In this document: positions 48,754 to 62,975 of the stretch, piece by piece
Position numbering within the stretch: position 1 is the stretch's first letter
Layout of the letters: every line of letters starts with the position of its first letter
Notes under the pieces: generated by a model
Database searches by the model: none
The model's input: only the letters and a program-made list of their open reading frames with translations
Told to the model about the DNA's origin: nothing
Made by a program: the position numbers and the translations under genes
NCBI GenBank assembly: GCA_028534125.1
Contig: CM052817.1
Location: 79,486,001-79,550,000 of the forward strand
DNA length: 64,000 nt
Direction: 5' to 3'
From: Lama glama
Lineage: Eukaryota

Positions 48754-50482
48754 GGGTTCATAACTCATATTGAAGATTAGAGGAGAGAAGAATTGGGGAG
48801 TGCTATTTGGTATAGGTAACATGTGAGTTAAATTCTGAAAGACAAGTAAAAATTATCCAGGAATGAAAGGGAAGGATAAATAATCAGGGCAAGGGAAGAG
48901 CTCTGCAAATGTGTGATGTGAGTGGAGAATTGTCTTAATAGGTTCTGCAGGTTAAGAGATTCGTAGGTAGTTAAGAAATAGATAGATTTTATACTGGAGG
49001 TAATGGAGAATGTCTGAAAGATAAAAAAGCATTTTTTATTTCTTAGTTTCTGTTAGTTTTGGAATAATTTAAAAGTTGTTAATGTATTATGAACAACTAT
49101 CTACTTATTGAAGAATTTTAAACAAAGAAGGGGACATTTACCATTAATTATGAGGGAACATTTAAATTTGTATGTAAACAGACATTGTTTAAAGATAGTT
49201 TAGTTGTTCATAAACTAACTTGAATGGAGAAATACAGGCCAGATCAGTCACTGAAGCAGATATTACTGGGCCATTGATAGACTAATAAGAGAGCTGATAC
49301 TGACTTCTTGATATACTGTCTCTTTTCATACTTGTTTTAAAAAGTACTTTCTACCTAAGATTGTTGGAAGAGTTATGTGCTTTGTCAAGTACTGCATTCT
49401 GTTAATCTTGGTATCTCTAGTATATAGGAATACCTGCTCCATTAAGTAGTTATTTACATATTTGACAGTTGTGTGGTAAATGAAAAGTAAATGTGTTATT
49501 TGAAAACTTGCAATATGCTGATACTTCATTAAATTCTAGGTCAGGTTATTAAACTTGAAAGTAAACAGAGCTTAAAATTTCAGATTAGAAGACAAATACT
49601 TTTCAAATTACTGGACTTAAATTTTCCTTTTATGATGAAGTTTTTCCTTTTATGATAAAATTTTTCCTACACTAAGCCGTGCTATGTTTCCTATGAAATA
49701 GTTGAAAATGAGGGTTTTTATATTCCATTAAATGACATTTACATTTGTTATACTTGAAAGGAAAAAATTAAAGCAGTGTTTTAACACAGACATAAAATAT
49801 TTTTTATTTCTAGCACTTGAATAAAGTGTGATTCTTCTTAAACTATATTCAATTTTTTTTCATTTAAAAAAGTATTAGGCTATATTTACATGAAAATCCA
49901 AGCTAAAATTCTTTCAATATATAATCATATTCACTTCTAAGGTGATATTTTTGTAATATAGAAAAAAGATACTGAAGATAACATGAAGGAAAAATTTGCT
50001 TTACCAACTCCCTGCAGCAGATCCTGCCACTGCTAGGAGAGAACAGCAATACATTTCTTAACCTGGACTTTAAAAAATCATTGAAAGAAAAGAAAAGAAG
50101 GAAGGAAGGGGGGAATTTATAACATGGATTTAGTTTCCTTATGTGGATAATAATAGTATTTATCTCTTCCCTTACATACACAAATGGTCATTTCCTGTTT
50201 TGTAGCCATTTCCTTTTTTCTTCCCCATATTGAATTTCTACACAAATATGAACTGTAATCAGAAATGAATAATTAGATTAGTTTTCTTACTATCAACCTA
50301 TTAATGTAAGAAATAAAGGAAGAAATCACAACTATTTTGCTATTGGATAGTTCACTTGGCATTTTGAAAAGTTTTTGATCATGTAGCATGACCTTTTAGC
50401 TTGTAGATTTTGATGTCAGTTCTGTTACCTTTACATGATTTTCTGAATCTTTAAGATATTCAATTTTTCCTTCATGATCTTA

Positions 50483-50848
50483 TCTTTTCTTTTCTTTTCT
50501 TTTCTTTTCTTTTTTTTTAATAGACTTTATTCTTTTAGAGGAGCAGTTTCAGGTTCACAACAGAATTGAGCAGAAAATATGAAGAGTTCGCACATAGCCC
50601 TCCCCACCCACACATATAATACTCCCCTACCCTCAACATCCCTCATCAGTGTGGCATATTTGGTACAGTCGATGAACCAACATGGGCACATTATTATCAA
50701 CCAAAGTCCACAGTTTACATTAGAGTTCACTCTTGATGTTGTACATTCTATGTGTTTTGACAAATGCGTAATGACATGTAGCCACCAATATAGTATCATA
50801 CAGAATAATTTCTTTGCCCTAAAAATCCCTTGTGCTCCATCTATTCAT
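50483..50848 (-). mobile_element. L1MC/MD-type 3' end with a (TTTTC)n tail
   Basis: TTTTAATAGACTTTATT...GCAGTTTCAGGTTCACA...GTTTACATTAGAGTTCACTCTTGATGTTGTACATTCTATG; possible TSD TTCATGAT at ~50471 and ~50844. Confidence 0.85.
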
Positions 50849-50959
50849 GATATGCTTTTTAAGAGTTTTCATGATGGAGTTAAAATGCAAACTTCATAGA
50901 TTTGTACTTAATCATTAATGATTATTTTAATAATGCAAACATTCCTGACATTGTCTAAC

Positions 50960-51160
50960 TTTTCATTGCTTTAACTTAAGTGCTTTCATTTATATTTTCA
51001 CACTTGATCTTCATAACGCAGTGAGAGGTACAAGGACAGGTGTGGTGAACTCCTTATACCTGTGGGAAAATGGAGATGCATAGGGGTTCAGTGAGCTGGG
51101 CAAGACAGTGAAGCTTTAGTATCTAGAGCCAGCCCTTCAAATCCACTGCTCATTTCATTG
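50960..51160 (-). mobile_element. MIR (diverged)
   Basis: CACTTGATCTTCATAAC...GTGAGAGG...GGAAAATGGAGATGCATAGGGGTT. Confidence 0.55.
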
Positions 51161-51679
51161 TATCCTACTACCCATTTACTAGTCCATGATCATCTAATGA
51201 TCAGATGGATTCTTTGTCTTTAGTAGTTTCAGTTTTATATATTTGTGTGTCTTAGCCAAAACATTTGCAGACTTAATTTTCTTTTCATGTACGTTAATTT
51301 AATCATGGCAAGTTAAAGTCTGTCATGGATCAGTTTGCAAATTTTGTTGTGTTCATCTAGTTTTTCCCAGTCAGTTTATTCCATGCAGCATTTCCTGTTA
51401 CTGGTGACTCCTTCCTCAGTTCTTCCTGTTTAAAAGTCACAAACTGGCACCTTTTTTGATTGTATGAGTAACATTATTCTAATTTTTACTTATATAGAAG
51501 ACTCTGAATTAAAAATTTGTTGTTTTTTTTAATCTTTGTCAAATGATAAGGGGAGGCAAATACATTAGATTCTTACCCACCAAATACTTGTTTACTTGTT
51601 TAGAAATCTATTGCTCTTTGGACTCTTACTATTATAATATTGGCTAAAAATTATTATGAAAATCATAGAAATAATTGCC

Positions 51680-51860
51680 ATTTTTTTCCATGTGCCACAT
51701 ACTGCCATGTCTTTTTCATGCATGTAGTCATTTAATCCTTGGATCTATTCTGTGAAACCAGTTATTGTAATCCTATTTTACAGATGAGGAAGCAGACATG
51801 TGTTCTCAAAAAGGTTAAGTAACTTGCCTAGAGTGGAATGATGGTTCTGATTAAACCATC
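51680..51860 (-). mobile_element. MIR
   Basis: TCATTTAATCCT...CCTATTTTACAGATGAGGAAGC...GGTTAAGTAACTTGCCTA. Confidence 0.75.
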
Positions 51861-52189
51861 TTCCTTCAGGTCTTTCTTTGCCATTTGAACAGGATGATGT
51901 ACTTGTAGAAAGTCTTTAATTTCTCAGATATCTCATTTGATAATTGTATATTTATTAAGTGCTTAAAGCCCATTGATCTCTGGAAGTATAAAACATTGGA
52001 AAAAACAGTCTTTTATTTTACTGAAAGTATAGTAAGTTTTATTTTGTGACTGATTTTTTTCCTATTTAATTTCTAATTGTTAAATGAGATAGCGATGATA
52101 ATATAAAATTATAATACTGATTTTGGTACTTTATTACAGGTAATTTTACTTGAATAACATATCACTTTTCTTTCTTCCTCTTTATATAG

Positions 52190-52346
52190 AGATTGTTTAT
52201 GGAAGTTCTTCTTCCCACCTGATTATCAAGTTCTCAAAGTTTCTGAAATTGCACAACCTGGGAGACCAAGACAGATCCTTGCTTTTGAACTACGAATGAA
52301 TATTATTGCAGATGCTACAATTGACTTGCTGTTTACCAAAAATAGG
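52190..52346 (+). CDS. BLTP1: BLTP1 coding exon 10 (DCLWKFFFPPDYQ...DLLFTKNR)
   Basis: TATAG| acceptor, AGG|GTAGTT donor, 157 nt. Confidence 0.96.
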
Positions 52347-52715
52347 GTAGTTATTGAAATAATATAGTAGAAATAGTATTTAAAATTTAAACATTGTTTT
52401 CCAGACAGGTGACTAGTCCTGTACTTAGATTCATTTCTATGCGCTTCCCCTCTCCACTCCCCCCAATAATTATATGTGTGTTACTTTCATTAGGTGCCAA
52501 ATAATAGAAAAAAGTTAGTTAATAATAATAATAGACTTTCATACTGTAATCTGACTTATTTTCTCCTTTATATCTGGCTAAATTGTTTTAGTATATTTTT
52601 GGTATAAATTTGAATTTTTGCTCTTAGGAACTTTTAATGCCTATTTAATATTATTGATGATTAAATTTTGTCTGTGATAAAATGTTTTATATTATTTAAT
52701 TTTTCCTTTTGGTAG

Positions 52716-52794
52716 GAAACAAATGCTGTGCATGTAAATGTAGGAGCCGGGTCATATTTAGAAATTAATATTCCAATGACAGTTGAAGAAAACG
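52716..52794 (+). CDS. BLTP1: BLTP1 coding exon 11 (ETNAVHVNVGAGSYLEINIPMTVEEN)
   Basis: GGTAG| acceptor, ACG|GTAAGC donor, 79 nt. Confidence 0.96.
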
Positions 52795-54906
52795 GTAAGC
52801 TACAATGAGTATTTTTCTGTTTTAAATGATTAGTAGTGCAATAATTAATATATGAATAGTGTCAATCCATTTGGAAAAAAAGTAATGGGGTTTTCTTTCT
52901 CAGTTTTCTATTATATTTTGATGTGCCTGTAATTAGTAAATACTATATAATTATTCATGCACCTACAGAGGAAGGAAGAATGTTTCACTCAAGCTAGGTC
53001 TTATTATTCTATGCTTTCATTATACCTTATACTTCTCCTTTGTAAGACTGCACATAATTTGCTTAGCATATGTTTTTCGTGTTAGTCTGTTGCTCTGTCA
53101 GAGCAGGTACCGTGTCTTTCTTTTCACTGGTGCATAGACGTGGTGCTGAACCTAGTACCTGGCTCGTGGTCCATGGACAGTAATCGATTGATTGACTTAT
53201 AGGCTTTGTTTTAATTTATATCATTAGTAGATTTTTGTCAGAGAGTAACTGGTACTTTGACTAGCACAACTTTAAAAAAGCAGAACATTTCCTATTTAAA
53301 ATATTAAATAATGCTTTGATAGCTGTAGTTTCATCTGACCTAATATAGTCTAAATTCATTATACTTTCAGAATTTGGGCTCTCGTACAGGTTCATCAGTA
53401 ACGTAATTAAATACTTTTTGTTAAATTTATCAAAATGTTGTATAACCTTCCTCATTTCTCCTTATTCTTCCCATTCCTTTACTACGTTTGTAATTGAGAG
53501 CAATAAGAATGAAATTCTGCTTCATTTGTTCACTTTCTTGAGAGTACAGAGAATAGCAACATATTCTAAAATCACTAACCAGCAATGTTACTATTGCTGA
53601 GTATAATTATAGAGTAATGTTTATGTAATTCTTAGCTCTCTCTTCTTGTTTTCTGTCACTCATTTTATTGCTGCTGTAGCAGAAAGCAGGCAGAGGGATT
53701 GACTAGATTCATGGGCTTGCATATAAAGATAGCAGTTGAGTTTGCCTGCTTAGATAATTAATTGAAAAAGTGACTGAGAATGGCATACAGTTTCTTTTCC
53801 CTATAACTTTAGGGCTATTTCAGTGAAGCACTAAACTTTATCTTAGCTACTTTTAAAAGAATAACCATAGTAAGTCTTGAAGCAGAGGCTTGAGATTCTC
53901 TAGGATTTGGAGTAGTCACTTGGAAAGAAGCATCTTTTAGGACAGCCTTAATTACTGATGTATAGGATCTGTACTTCTATAGGGGAAAAGGCAGTTGGGG
54001 ATTGCACGAAATTGAGAGTGGTTTGGTCAAGGAAGTGCTTCTACCATTTTTAAACTGATGATCCACCTAGGAACTAATATTTGTACAGTTTTCTTTGTAC
54101 AATTGTTGGTGCACTGGGGTAAAGGGGCCGTCTGAAGAGTAAGGGATCAACCTCTTGAGCATATATCTATGATGAATTCATGAGAAGTACTGCAGCACAC
54201 TGGTTGTGGAACTGAATGAGTGACGTTTCTAGGAAAGCCCAGACAGGTTCTTAGTAAAGGTTAGGTGACTTTTAAGATGACTGTCTTCAAAGGGGGAAAA
54301 TAGACTTAGGTCTTAGACGGTAACAAAATATAACTCAAATACATTTAAAACTTTTCAGAGATTCAGGTGGTTGGGAGAAAATTGCCCAGAGCAGGATACA
54401 TATTGAATTAGCCATATAATAATGACCATAGCGTTCCTGTTCACAGGAGGGCAGTCCATCAAGAAAAGAAGTGAAATCTCTGAATCCTTCTGCTTTTATT
54501 CAGAATGGGGCTGTGTTATTTGGTAACTGTCATTATGTAAGGAATAGCTGTTGTTTAGAAACTGTCATTACATAAAGAGGAGTTGAAAATGATGGAAATA
54601 TGCACTGTTGGGTCAGTGAAGGGAAAGACATGGGAGCTGTCTTAAGTAGTTGCACACTATCATTTAGAAAATAGACTTGTAGTTTTGCTCTGGAGAGTAA
54701 AATCAGATAACTGTTACACGAAGATGGAACTTTTTTCCATCAGAGCTGTGTGAAGTGAAAAAGTTTACATTATTCAGGTGAATTTGATAGTGACTGATCA
54801 CCATTTTTCAGGAATTCCTTCTTTGGGTGGAAGTTGTCTAGTCCAAAATTTTTAATTCTATCTATATTTTTTAGCTTCTTAATTTTTATGTTTTCACTTA
54901 TTTTAG

Positions 54907-54998
54907 GTTACACCCCTGCAATTAAAGGACAGCTCTTACATGTTGACGCCACTACCAGCATGCAGTACCGGACTCTTTTAGAAGCAGAAATGTTAGCA
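54907..54998 (+). CDS. BLTP1: BLTP1 coding exon 12 (GYTPAIKGQLLHVDATTSMQYRTLLEAEMLA)
   Basis: TTTTAG| acceptor, GCA|GTAAGT donor, 92 nt. Confidence 0.96.
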
Positions 54999-56313
54999 GT
55001 AAGTCTAGAGTATATGATGATATACATACATACATAAAATACAAATTTGGTTTTAATTGTTTAATATAAGTTTTAATGACCAGAAAGTTAATGGTCTGTC
55101 TTCTCTCTGAAGAACCACCAGGTGCTCTTGGCCCTATTTTGGGGAAGAGGAGTAGATTCCCAGTGCTGTGGACTCCCTTTGGCATCTCTCTGTTGCTCTT
55201 CTTTTGGGGGAAATGAATAATAAGACAATGATACATGGGTTTTTTGCCTTTTAAATTGTGGAAAGTTACTAGAATATTGTTTTTAAACTTCATTTTATGA
55301 CTAGACTAACTCTCTCCTAAGCTATAAATAAGGTAGTTTTTTATGAAATGTTTTCTGGCCCCATCAGAGTCTTACTTGGAGCTTAATAATTCATTGTGTT
55401 TTTACTTGGTGAATATGGTAAAAAGAAAAAACTCTTATTGAGACCCAGAATTGCTCCATATTAGACACGGAATAAATATGGAAATGTTCATGATTAAAAA
55501 TTGCAGATTGGGGGCTCATTAATCAGACATATTATTTTTTATTAGGGACAACAAAAATAACAATAATAGTAAAAGTCACTATGTAGAATGATATTCAGAG
55601 AGAATTCTTTTATATTAGATGGTATCATTAGGTCCTTAATTGCTTGTCTAAACAAGCATATTTACATATGATATATGTACATTTATACGGAAATTTTGCA
55701 ATTACCAAGAATGTATTAGATAGTATAAATATATATTAAATTCACATATTCAGCATTTTAATGAATTTCTGAGCTCTTGCTGATAAATAGTGCTGTGCAG
55801 TAATGCTGTTCCTGGTCAAACAGCTCTTGCCTTTGCAAAATTGCTAGCCTTTGGCAGGTGGCATACACCACAAAGCACCATGTCAGATTTATAACTACTG
55901 TGCTGTCAATTGAGAAGCCAGGAGGCACTGGTGGCCAAACTTCTGTGTGACAGTATGCATTGCACTCCACCCTCCCTGACCCGGAGCCTCTCACTTAGCA
56001 GATTAGGTTTGGGGAAGAATTAAGGAAATTCGCTGTTAGTCTATTTGTTTAGCTACAGTATCAAAACTGTAGCCTGATTTGTTCTTAAAAATTTTTGACC
56101 ACATCATGGCTTAATATTTCAAGGAGCTGGGTGTAACCACGGATACTGACCTTTAGCCACAGCCATGTTAAAATCTCTAAGGGACCTTCTGTTCAGCTCA
56201 GTAGGAAAATAAGTTTTAATTACTCACCAGTGTGAGTGAGTTCATTTCTAATGCTGTTCACACAATGTCACATTTTAGGCTCTAAACATTTTTACTTAAC
56301 ATTTGGTTTGCAG

Positions 56314-56431
56314 TTCCACATCAATGCCAGCTACCCCCGAATATGGAACATGCCACAGACATGGCAGTGTGAATTAGAGGTTTATAAAGCCACCTACCAC
56401 TTCATCTTTGCACAGAAGAACTTCTTTACAG
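56314..56431 (+). CDS. BLTP1: BLTP1 coding exon 13 (FHINASYPRIWNMPQTW...AQKNFFT)
   Basis: TTGCAG| acceptor, CAG|GTAATT donor, 118 nt. Confidence 0.96.
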
Positions 56432-57489
56432 GTAATTTTCTAATAAGTATATACACAATGAGTTTTATCACAATGAACTTGTTTATATTCCATAAGTTTT
56501 GCTTTTAGATTCAACATGGGGATTTGATGACACAATTCATACTTTTTTACTTCTGTACTTCTTTTGAGGTCAAGGATATCAAAGGAGAAATTTAAATATA
56601 CATATTTTGTGCTGTCTTCTAACCCAAACAAGGAAAATATGAACCCAAAATTGAGCTAGGAAGGAAGTGAAAGAATTCATCTTTGTATCAGTCTAGTCAA
56701 GGATAAGATGGGGAAGAGGAGTCAGCTCTTTCTCTTCATGAAGCCATCATCATGGCTTCATTATTTTGTTTTAATTATTGTTAACCACCAATAGCATATT
56801 CAGGTAGTCAAATATGTTATATTTGTATTTGGAGCCCTCTTAACTCCTTTCAGTTGGTATGTATGATTGAGTTGATGCTTTCATTAGTGGAAAAAATTCT
56901 TTCTTGTGGCATATTATAATAGCTACTCTTATTTTATGATTATGAGAACATGTAGTCTTAGTCTCTGAATAACATAAATATTACTACATAATATGGTATT
57001 TGTTTGACTGATTGCTACATTTATCTGTTCATCCATCCACCCACCAGTTGTTTACGAGCATTCTGTGCTGAGTACTGTTAGATATTTGAGGGTGTAGCAG
57101 TGACTAAGATAGTCACAGATAGTCCTGTCTTGACATTGCTTACTAGCAATATGATGTTGACCAAATTGCCTAATTGTTTAAGCTTCAATTTCCTTATCTG
57201 TGAAATAGGGATAACATTTTCTAACCTAATTTTGCTATTGCTAGAGTTTTGGCCTTTATAAATATGTTCAATCATAAGCCTTTTATGTTTGTTTTTTTAC
57301 TTTGATCAAGAGTCTTATCTTGGGGACTAGATAGAGTGATTCTGCATTTTTGGAGTTGCATTTATTCTCTATGGCTCAAGTCAGAATCTCGGTAGTAGAA
57401 ATTTTGACAAAGTGCCTAGCAAGTTAAACTTTTCTCATTGAAGCTGAACACTGAATAAATACTACTTAATTCAGATTTATTAAAAAAAA

Positions 57490-57710
57490 TAATAGCTAAG
57501 ATTTACAAGGTGTACTAGTGTTTCTCTTCTAAGTAGGTTCACATATTAAATCATTGAATCCTCTTAACTCTCTAAGGTCAATTTTATTGTCATTATCATA
57601 ATTTATAGATGAGGATAATATTACAGAGTGGTCAAGCAGTTTGTCCAGGGTTACATGACTAAGTTGGTCAGACTAGAATTCCAACTCAAGTAGCCTGGCT
57701 CAAGAATCTC
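57490..57710 (-). mobile_element. MIR
   Basis: AATAATAGCTAA...TCATTGAATCCTC...ATAGATGAGGA...TTGTCCAGGGTTACA. Confidence 0.7.
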
Positions 57711-59519
57711 TTTTTGTATAGATAGCTTCTTTGCATAGCCTTTTCCCTCTCACTTAAGATTTTGTAGTTTTTCATTTTGCGAATCTTTTAAAATAGATTC
57801 CACCCTTTTCTTTTCTTTTAATTTTTTAAATGATAAATTATTCAATTTATTTAAACCTAAAGGAAAAAACCCTGCATTTTCACGCATTCAGTTCTTTACA
57901 TTGCTTTCCTCTAGAATGTCATAATCTCAGACTTTAGCAGTGCTTAGACTAGTTGGAGGATAAGTATAAATTACTCAAGATTTCAACTTTATTTTGTAAT
58001 AACACTTTTATTTAGACTGGACATTGTATTAAACAACCAAGTACACATTTCCTAAATTACAACTTTGTTTTTCCTAAATTATTTTCTTTCTCTAACTCTA
58101 ATCTTTATGCTTATACCTATTGAAATTCACTTTTTAAGTAATTCTTTTCTAAAATTTGTTAGGGGAAATTTTTAAAATATGGACAGGTACAAAGCTTAAA
58201 GTCTCATCTCCAAGATTAGCAGTTGTAACATTTAAAGGTATTATTTCTGAAATCTTTCTAGGGTCCTTTAAAAACTTTCTTATTCTTTAAAAGGATACTA
58301 TCAGAGAATGATACTAGTTTAGCCTTGGCAAGGACATTCTTGGTCATAGTGTTTGAATTGTTTTCTCTTTTCTTAGTTTTACATTTCTCTATTGACAGAA
58401 TTTTGCAGAAAATAAATTGTCTATTTGATGTGAGGGAATACCTACTATTCCTCAAGAGCCATTCTCATGCCAATTATTAGTGAGATGAAATTGTTCTTAA
58501 GAGATTTCAATGTGGGATAAAGACAGCTTCATGATAAATAGAGCATAGAGCCTCAGGAATGAAAGATACAAAACAAAGGCAGAAGTGCAGTCTTTTCTGT
58601 AGATAATGAGATTGACTTAGGTTTACTCTGATGAAGAGGAGAAGACAATATAACAGTATCGCAAAGCTTTAGTACCAACTGATGGACATTTTATAGAGTA
58701 TTTGCCTATCAACTTAATTATAAAGTGAGTTGTAGATGAGTTTTTTTCCAGACTTACATTTAGATTACCAACTTAACTTTTAAAATTTGTTGTCTAAATA
58801 AGTAAGGCAGTCATCAAGAGAGTGCTTCATTTTTCTAATAGATTTATTTGGTAAGACCGTCTGGTAATGAGAGCAGCTTTTGGTTTAAAGAGAAATACAT
58901 ATTGGAAATAGTTTTTGGGGTTCCTACTGAAAATAGTTTGTTACTATAGTTTTTAATGTTTATTAGTAAAGATGTTGTATAAGCTAGTAGGGAAACCAAA
59001 TTATGGAATATGTTAAAGTTTTAGGTAAGATATTGAAAAAAACTAGTAAGACTTGTTAAAATAGAAATTGTCTAATAACTTTATAAAATTACATTGGTTT
59101 CCTTAGATGATTAGTAGATTATTTGAATTTGTGTTTATTAGCAATTGTATCTGTCTTTTAAATAGAAATGTAAAGTAGATAAACACAACCAATGTAAATT
59201 GAAAGTTTTTTATGAATAATGATTCAGAACAAATAACCCATGATCTCAGCCCACAGAGAACTTAATAGGGGTATTGCTTATGGGCATTTCTTTATTTACC
59301 AGTCTCAAGTATATTGGCATGTGCACTAGACTGAGACAAATAAAATAGTACATAATGGTATTTATATATATTGAGTGCAAGCAAGAATTGTCAAGCTAAC
59401 AAATGCATGTAAGACATGAATACAGAGGAAATCACTAAGATCTGAAGGTAATTAGAGAAAGTAAGGAAGGATATTAAGATCTGAAATGGTCTTTGTAAAT
59501 GAACTCAGTAACATTAACT

Positions 59520-59750
59520 AAAATTTGCATAGTATGTTTCCATAAAACATTCTAAAGCATGTTCATTTTTATCATCTTCACAACAACTCTGAAAAAGGAT
59601 AGCTGTTATTGTTACCCCTGAGTTAACAGTGAGGAAATTGAAGAAACATTCAATGACTTGGGCAGACTCATGAAGCTAGTAAGTGGAAGAGACATTTAAG
59701 GACAGTTTTTTGACTGTTAGATCCTGTACTCTCTCTCTAGTATCATGCTG
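59520..59750 (-). mobile_element. MIR (diverged)
   Basis: ATCTTCACAACAACTCTG...GAGGAAATTGAAG...TGACTTG...AGCTAGTAAGTGG. Confidence 0.65.
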
Positions 59751-60439
59751 TTGTTAACCTTCAACAAATAGGTTACCACAGAATGTGTTTGTTAGATAGG
59801 ATGAATAGTTTGAGTAAAAGTGCAGAACCAAAGGTGTTTATGAGGGAGAAAAGTAAGAAAATCAGCTTAATGAATGATGAATTTGTATGGTGTCATTGGT
59901 TAATTCCAGAGATGACTTTTGGGCATCTCCCAAGTACTGAACACCGTGTTAAAGAATAAAGTTAGACAGTAGGGATGCAGTCAGGGTAAGTAGGATGGTA
60001 TGTAGAACTAAAAGTTTAGAAGTAAGCATAGATACTATGAGGTATGAGGAACTACTGTGATTGCTTGTTAAATGAAATAGAAATATATTTGAAGTAAAAT
60101 TGATAAATGGAATTTTCCTTTCTGTAGTCTTAGAACAGGTTCATAGGCAATTACATTTATTGTTGATATAGTACAGCTCTACCTCTTTTTGATATTAATT
60201 TATTACAGAAATTTGATATTAAATATATTATTTTGCCACTTTATTAAGAGGAATTTCTAATATATGTACACAAGTTTCTATACATTGCAGCTAAGCTTTA
60301 AATGAGTCCATATGTTATATAGCTTCTGATTTCATTACTGAATCTATATTTTTCAGTTTAAAAATTTCCTTTAAAATTCAAAGAAAACTACTTTAAATTT
60401 TTAATTATTTTTGCCTGTTATTTTTCATAGAATACCTGT

Positions 60440-60640
60440 AATAAGTGCTACCATTTGTGCAGCTCTTAACCTTGTGGCAGTTTCTGTGCTAAAACTTCAC
60501 GTATATCATCTAAATTCTCACAATAAGTCTGAAATTGTAAAGGAGAAAACTGACAGCATTTAATCATTTGTTAAAGATTACATAACTAGTAAAATGATAC
60601 AGACAAAATTTAAACCCAGGACTATCTGGTGCTAAGAGTT
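60440..60640 (-). mobile_element. MIR (diverged)
   Basis: ATTCTCACAATAA...GAGAAAACTGA...AAGATTACATAACTAGTAA...TTTAAACCCAGG. Confidence 0.6.
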
Positions 60641-61139
60641 TGTGGTATAAAAATATTACTTTCAATTGTTCTGTCTCTCAAAGTCTGATTTTATATGCAC
60701 AGCACTGTGTTATGTACTGTGAGTATACAGAGATGAGCTTGACACCTCTAGGAAACCATTTTTTGAAGGACATTATCACTGGGAATACACAATGCATGCA
60801 AATGATGTGAATGCCGGAGAGAAAAGTAGAGGAAAGCACCGTGATAGAACAGGGCTAACTTCTTTATATAAAGAGCTTTTGCCTGTTGAGGTTAAAAAAA
60901 AATAGGTATAAAAGGATAAGCAGACTAAATATGTGAACACAATTTTCAAAAGCAACAAGTAAATCATACATATCAGCAATACAGTAGTAAATCAGCAAAC
61001 AAGGTGATTGATTGGCTATAATTCTAAGAAGGCCAAGTCTTTATTTTGTTCCCATTGTATTTCCAGGGTCTAGAACAGAGTCTGGAACACAGTAGACACT
61101 CTGTAGGTATTTGTTTAGTGAATAAAACAACATGAAAAA

Positions 61140-61780
61140 ATATTCGATCCTACTTGTAATTAAGAAATTCAATTAAAGTGAGATATCATTTTTCAGTTAC
61201 CGATTAGCAAGCTCCATCATCCCCCACCCCCATCAAAAAAAAAAAAAAACAGAAGGAGAGAGGTAGAAAGAAATATAATGCAGGAGCAGGTACAGTGGAA
61301 TAGTTCAGCATACATTTCTAGTAGCATAAATGGATACACTACTCTTGGAAGCAGTCCTGTAATTTATAATAGCCTTGAAAAAATTCATGAACTTTGACTT
61401 AGTAAATCCCCTTCTGGAATCTAACCTGAGAAACTAATCCTGAATATGTAGAATATCTTGCATGAAAATATACATGCTAACATTATATATAACAAAAATT
61501 TGGAAAGAATCTAAATATCTAAGTACAGTAAATGGTTAAGTAAATCTTAGCAAATCTCTTTAATGAACATTATTAAAATTTTTGTTAATGTGCATGAAAT
61601 AACATGGAAAAGTTTTGAGTTCAGTGAAAAAAAGTAGTATCTATAACATGTACATCTAGGTAGTGTAAAAAATCTACATAGGAAGGAAAAAACTAGAATG
61701 AGATAAATCCACAATGTTAGATATTTGGGAATTGGGATATCAGGTGATTTTTTTTCTTTTTTCTTTTCTAAAGTTTGTTT
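61140..61780 (+). mobile_element. Old L1ME-type 3' region
   Basis: GAGATATCATTTT...GATTAGCAA, CTTTGACTTAGTAAATCCCCTTCTGGAATCT, AATTTGGAAAGAATCTAAATATC...TGGTTAAGTAAAT. Confidence 0.65.
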
Positions 61781-62014
61781 AAAAACATAATAGGTATATG
61801 AGACACATAAAAATTTAATTTGAAACTGTGATTTGTAAGTAAACATCTTTACTGTCAAATCATTTAGGTACATCTTAATCACCTTTTAATATTTCAGTAT
61901 TAAAGTTCTTTTTAGTTACAATAGAAAACTGCATTTTTGCTGTTAGAATATTTATGTTTTGTTTTCTGAATTTCAGTTAATTTTACCTTCTGTCTCCCAC
62001 ACCAATAATTTTAG

Positions 62015-62170
62015 ATTTAATTCAAGACTGGTCAAGTGATAGTGCTCCAGACATTTTTTCATTTGTTCCATATACATGGAATTTTAAAATCATGTTTCAT
62101 CAATTTGAAATGATTTGGGCAGCTAATCAACACAATTGGATTGACTGTTCCACTAAACAACAGGAAAATG
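62015..62170 (+). CDS. BLTP1: BLTP1 coding exon 14 (DLIQDWSSDSAPDIFSFVPYTW...STKQQEN)
   Basis: TTTTAG| acceptor, ATG|GTAAGT donor, 156 nt. Confidence 0.96.
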
Positions 62171-62440
62171 GTAAGTACTTTTTAAAAATTAGATTAAGTA
62201 TTCTGTTCATTAAGACAAATACCAACAAAGAAAATTGGTATTGATTTTGTAGTTTTTACTAGATACTAGAATTTATTTTTTTCCCATTGTCTTGTGAGAC
62301 TCAGAATGATTTCAGAACTTGTACTGAACTAAGCATATTATCTTTAATTTTGTTTAGGTATGTATTTAAGGCAATTTTTATTTAAAAAATTAAAATTTTT
62401 TTTAATTAAAAGTAAAATTTTTTTTCTCTTTTTTTTGCAG

Positions 62441-62538
62441 TGTACTTGGCAGCCTGTGGGGAAACACTAAACATTGATTTCTCTTTGCCTTTTACGGACT
62501 TTGTCCCAGCTACATGTAATACCAAATTCTCTTTAAGA
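62441..62538 (+). CDS. BLTP1: BLTP1 coding exon 15 (VYLAACGETLNIDFSLPFTDFVPATCNTKFSLR)
   Basis: T-rich tract then GCAG| acceptor, AGA|GTACGT donor, 98 nt. Confidence 0.95.
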
Positions 62539-62839
62539 GTACGTATAATTGGATGCATTGTTTATTTCTCGAGGTTTATTAATAAGTTTGATTTCCCAGT
62601 GGTTATCTTGACTCTCCTGTCCATCTTGTTGCCACCCTGAAGTATTTCAGTTTTCCTTTCCTCCATTGTTCACTAACTTCAGTGTCACAGAATTGCTGCT
62701 GTTTCTTTTTTGTAGTTAACTGTAATGTTCTGCCATTCCCCTAAGTTTCCAAGTTCCCCTAAGAAGTTGGGCAATAATTTAAAAAGATACGTGTACCCCA
62801 GTGTTCATAGCAGCATTTTCTTTTACAGTAGCCAATATC

Positions 62840-62975
62840 TGCACTTACGGAATAAGAAACTAAGGAGGCAAGTTTATGTAACTTGTCATGTAGCTAGTGA
62901 GTGGCCAAGTTGAAATTTGAACCCAGGCAATACAGCTTAGGTCTCCATTCTTTTAATCATTCCACTGTGCTGCTT
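62840..62975 (-). mobile_element. MIR fragment
   Basis: AAGAAACTAAGG...TAACTTGTC...GCTAGTGAGTGG...ATTTGAACCCAGGCA. Confidence 0.7.

Noticed and set aside
49621..49668. 20-bp tandem repeat (TTTTCCTTTTATGAT..) x2.4; similar short duplications at ~4767-4800 and (TATAC)n at ~33683-33722
   Set aside because: Ordinary slippage duplications, not spaced arrays, with no functional context.
54000..54800. Possible L3/CR1 remnant or conserved non-coding element
   Set aside because: Resemblance too weak to call by eye; needs a Dfam HMM search.
56738..56761. 10-bp stem hairpin ATGAAGCCAT-CATC-ATGGCTTCAT
   Set aside because: Short; expected by chance in 64 kb, with no supporting context.
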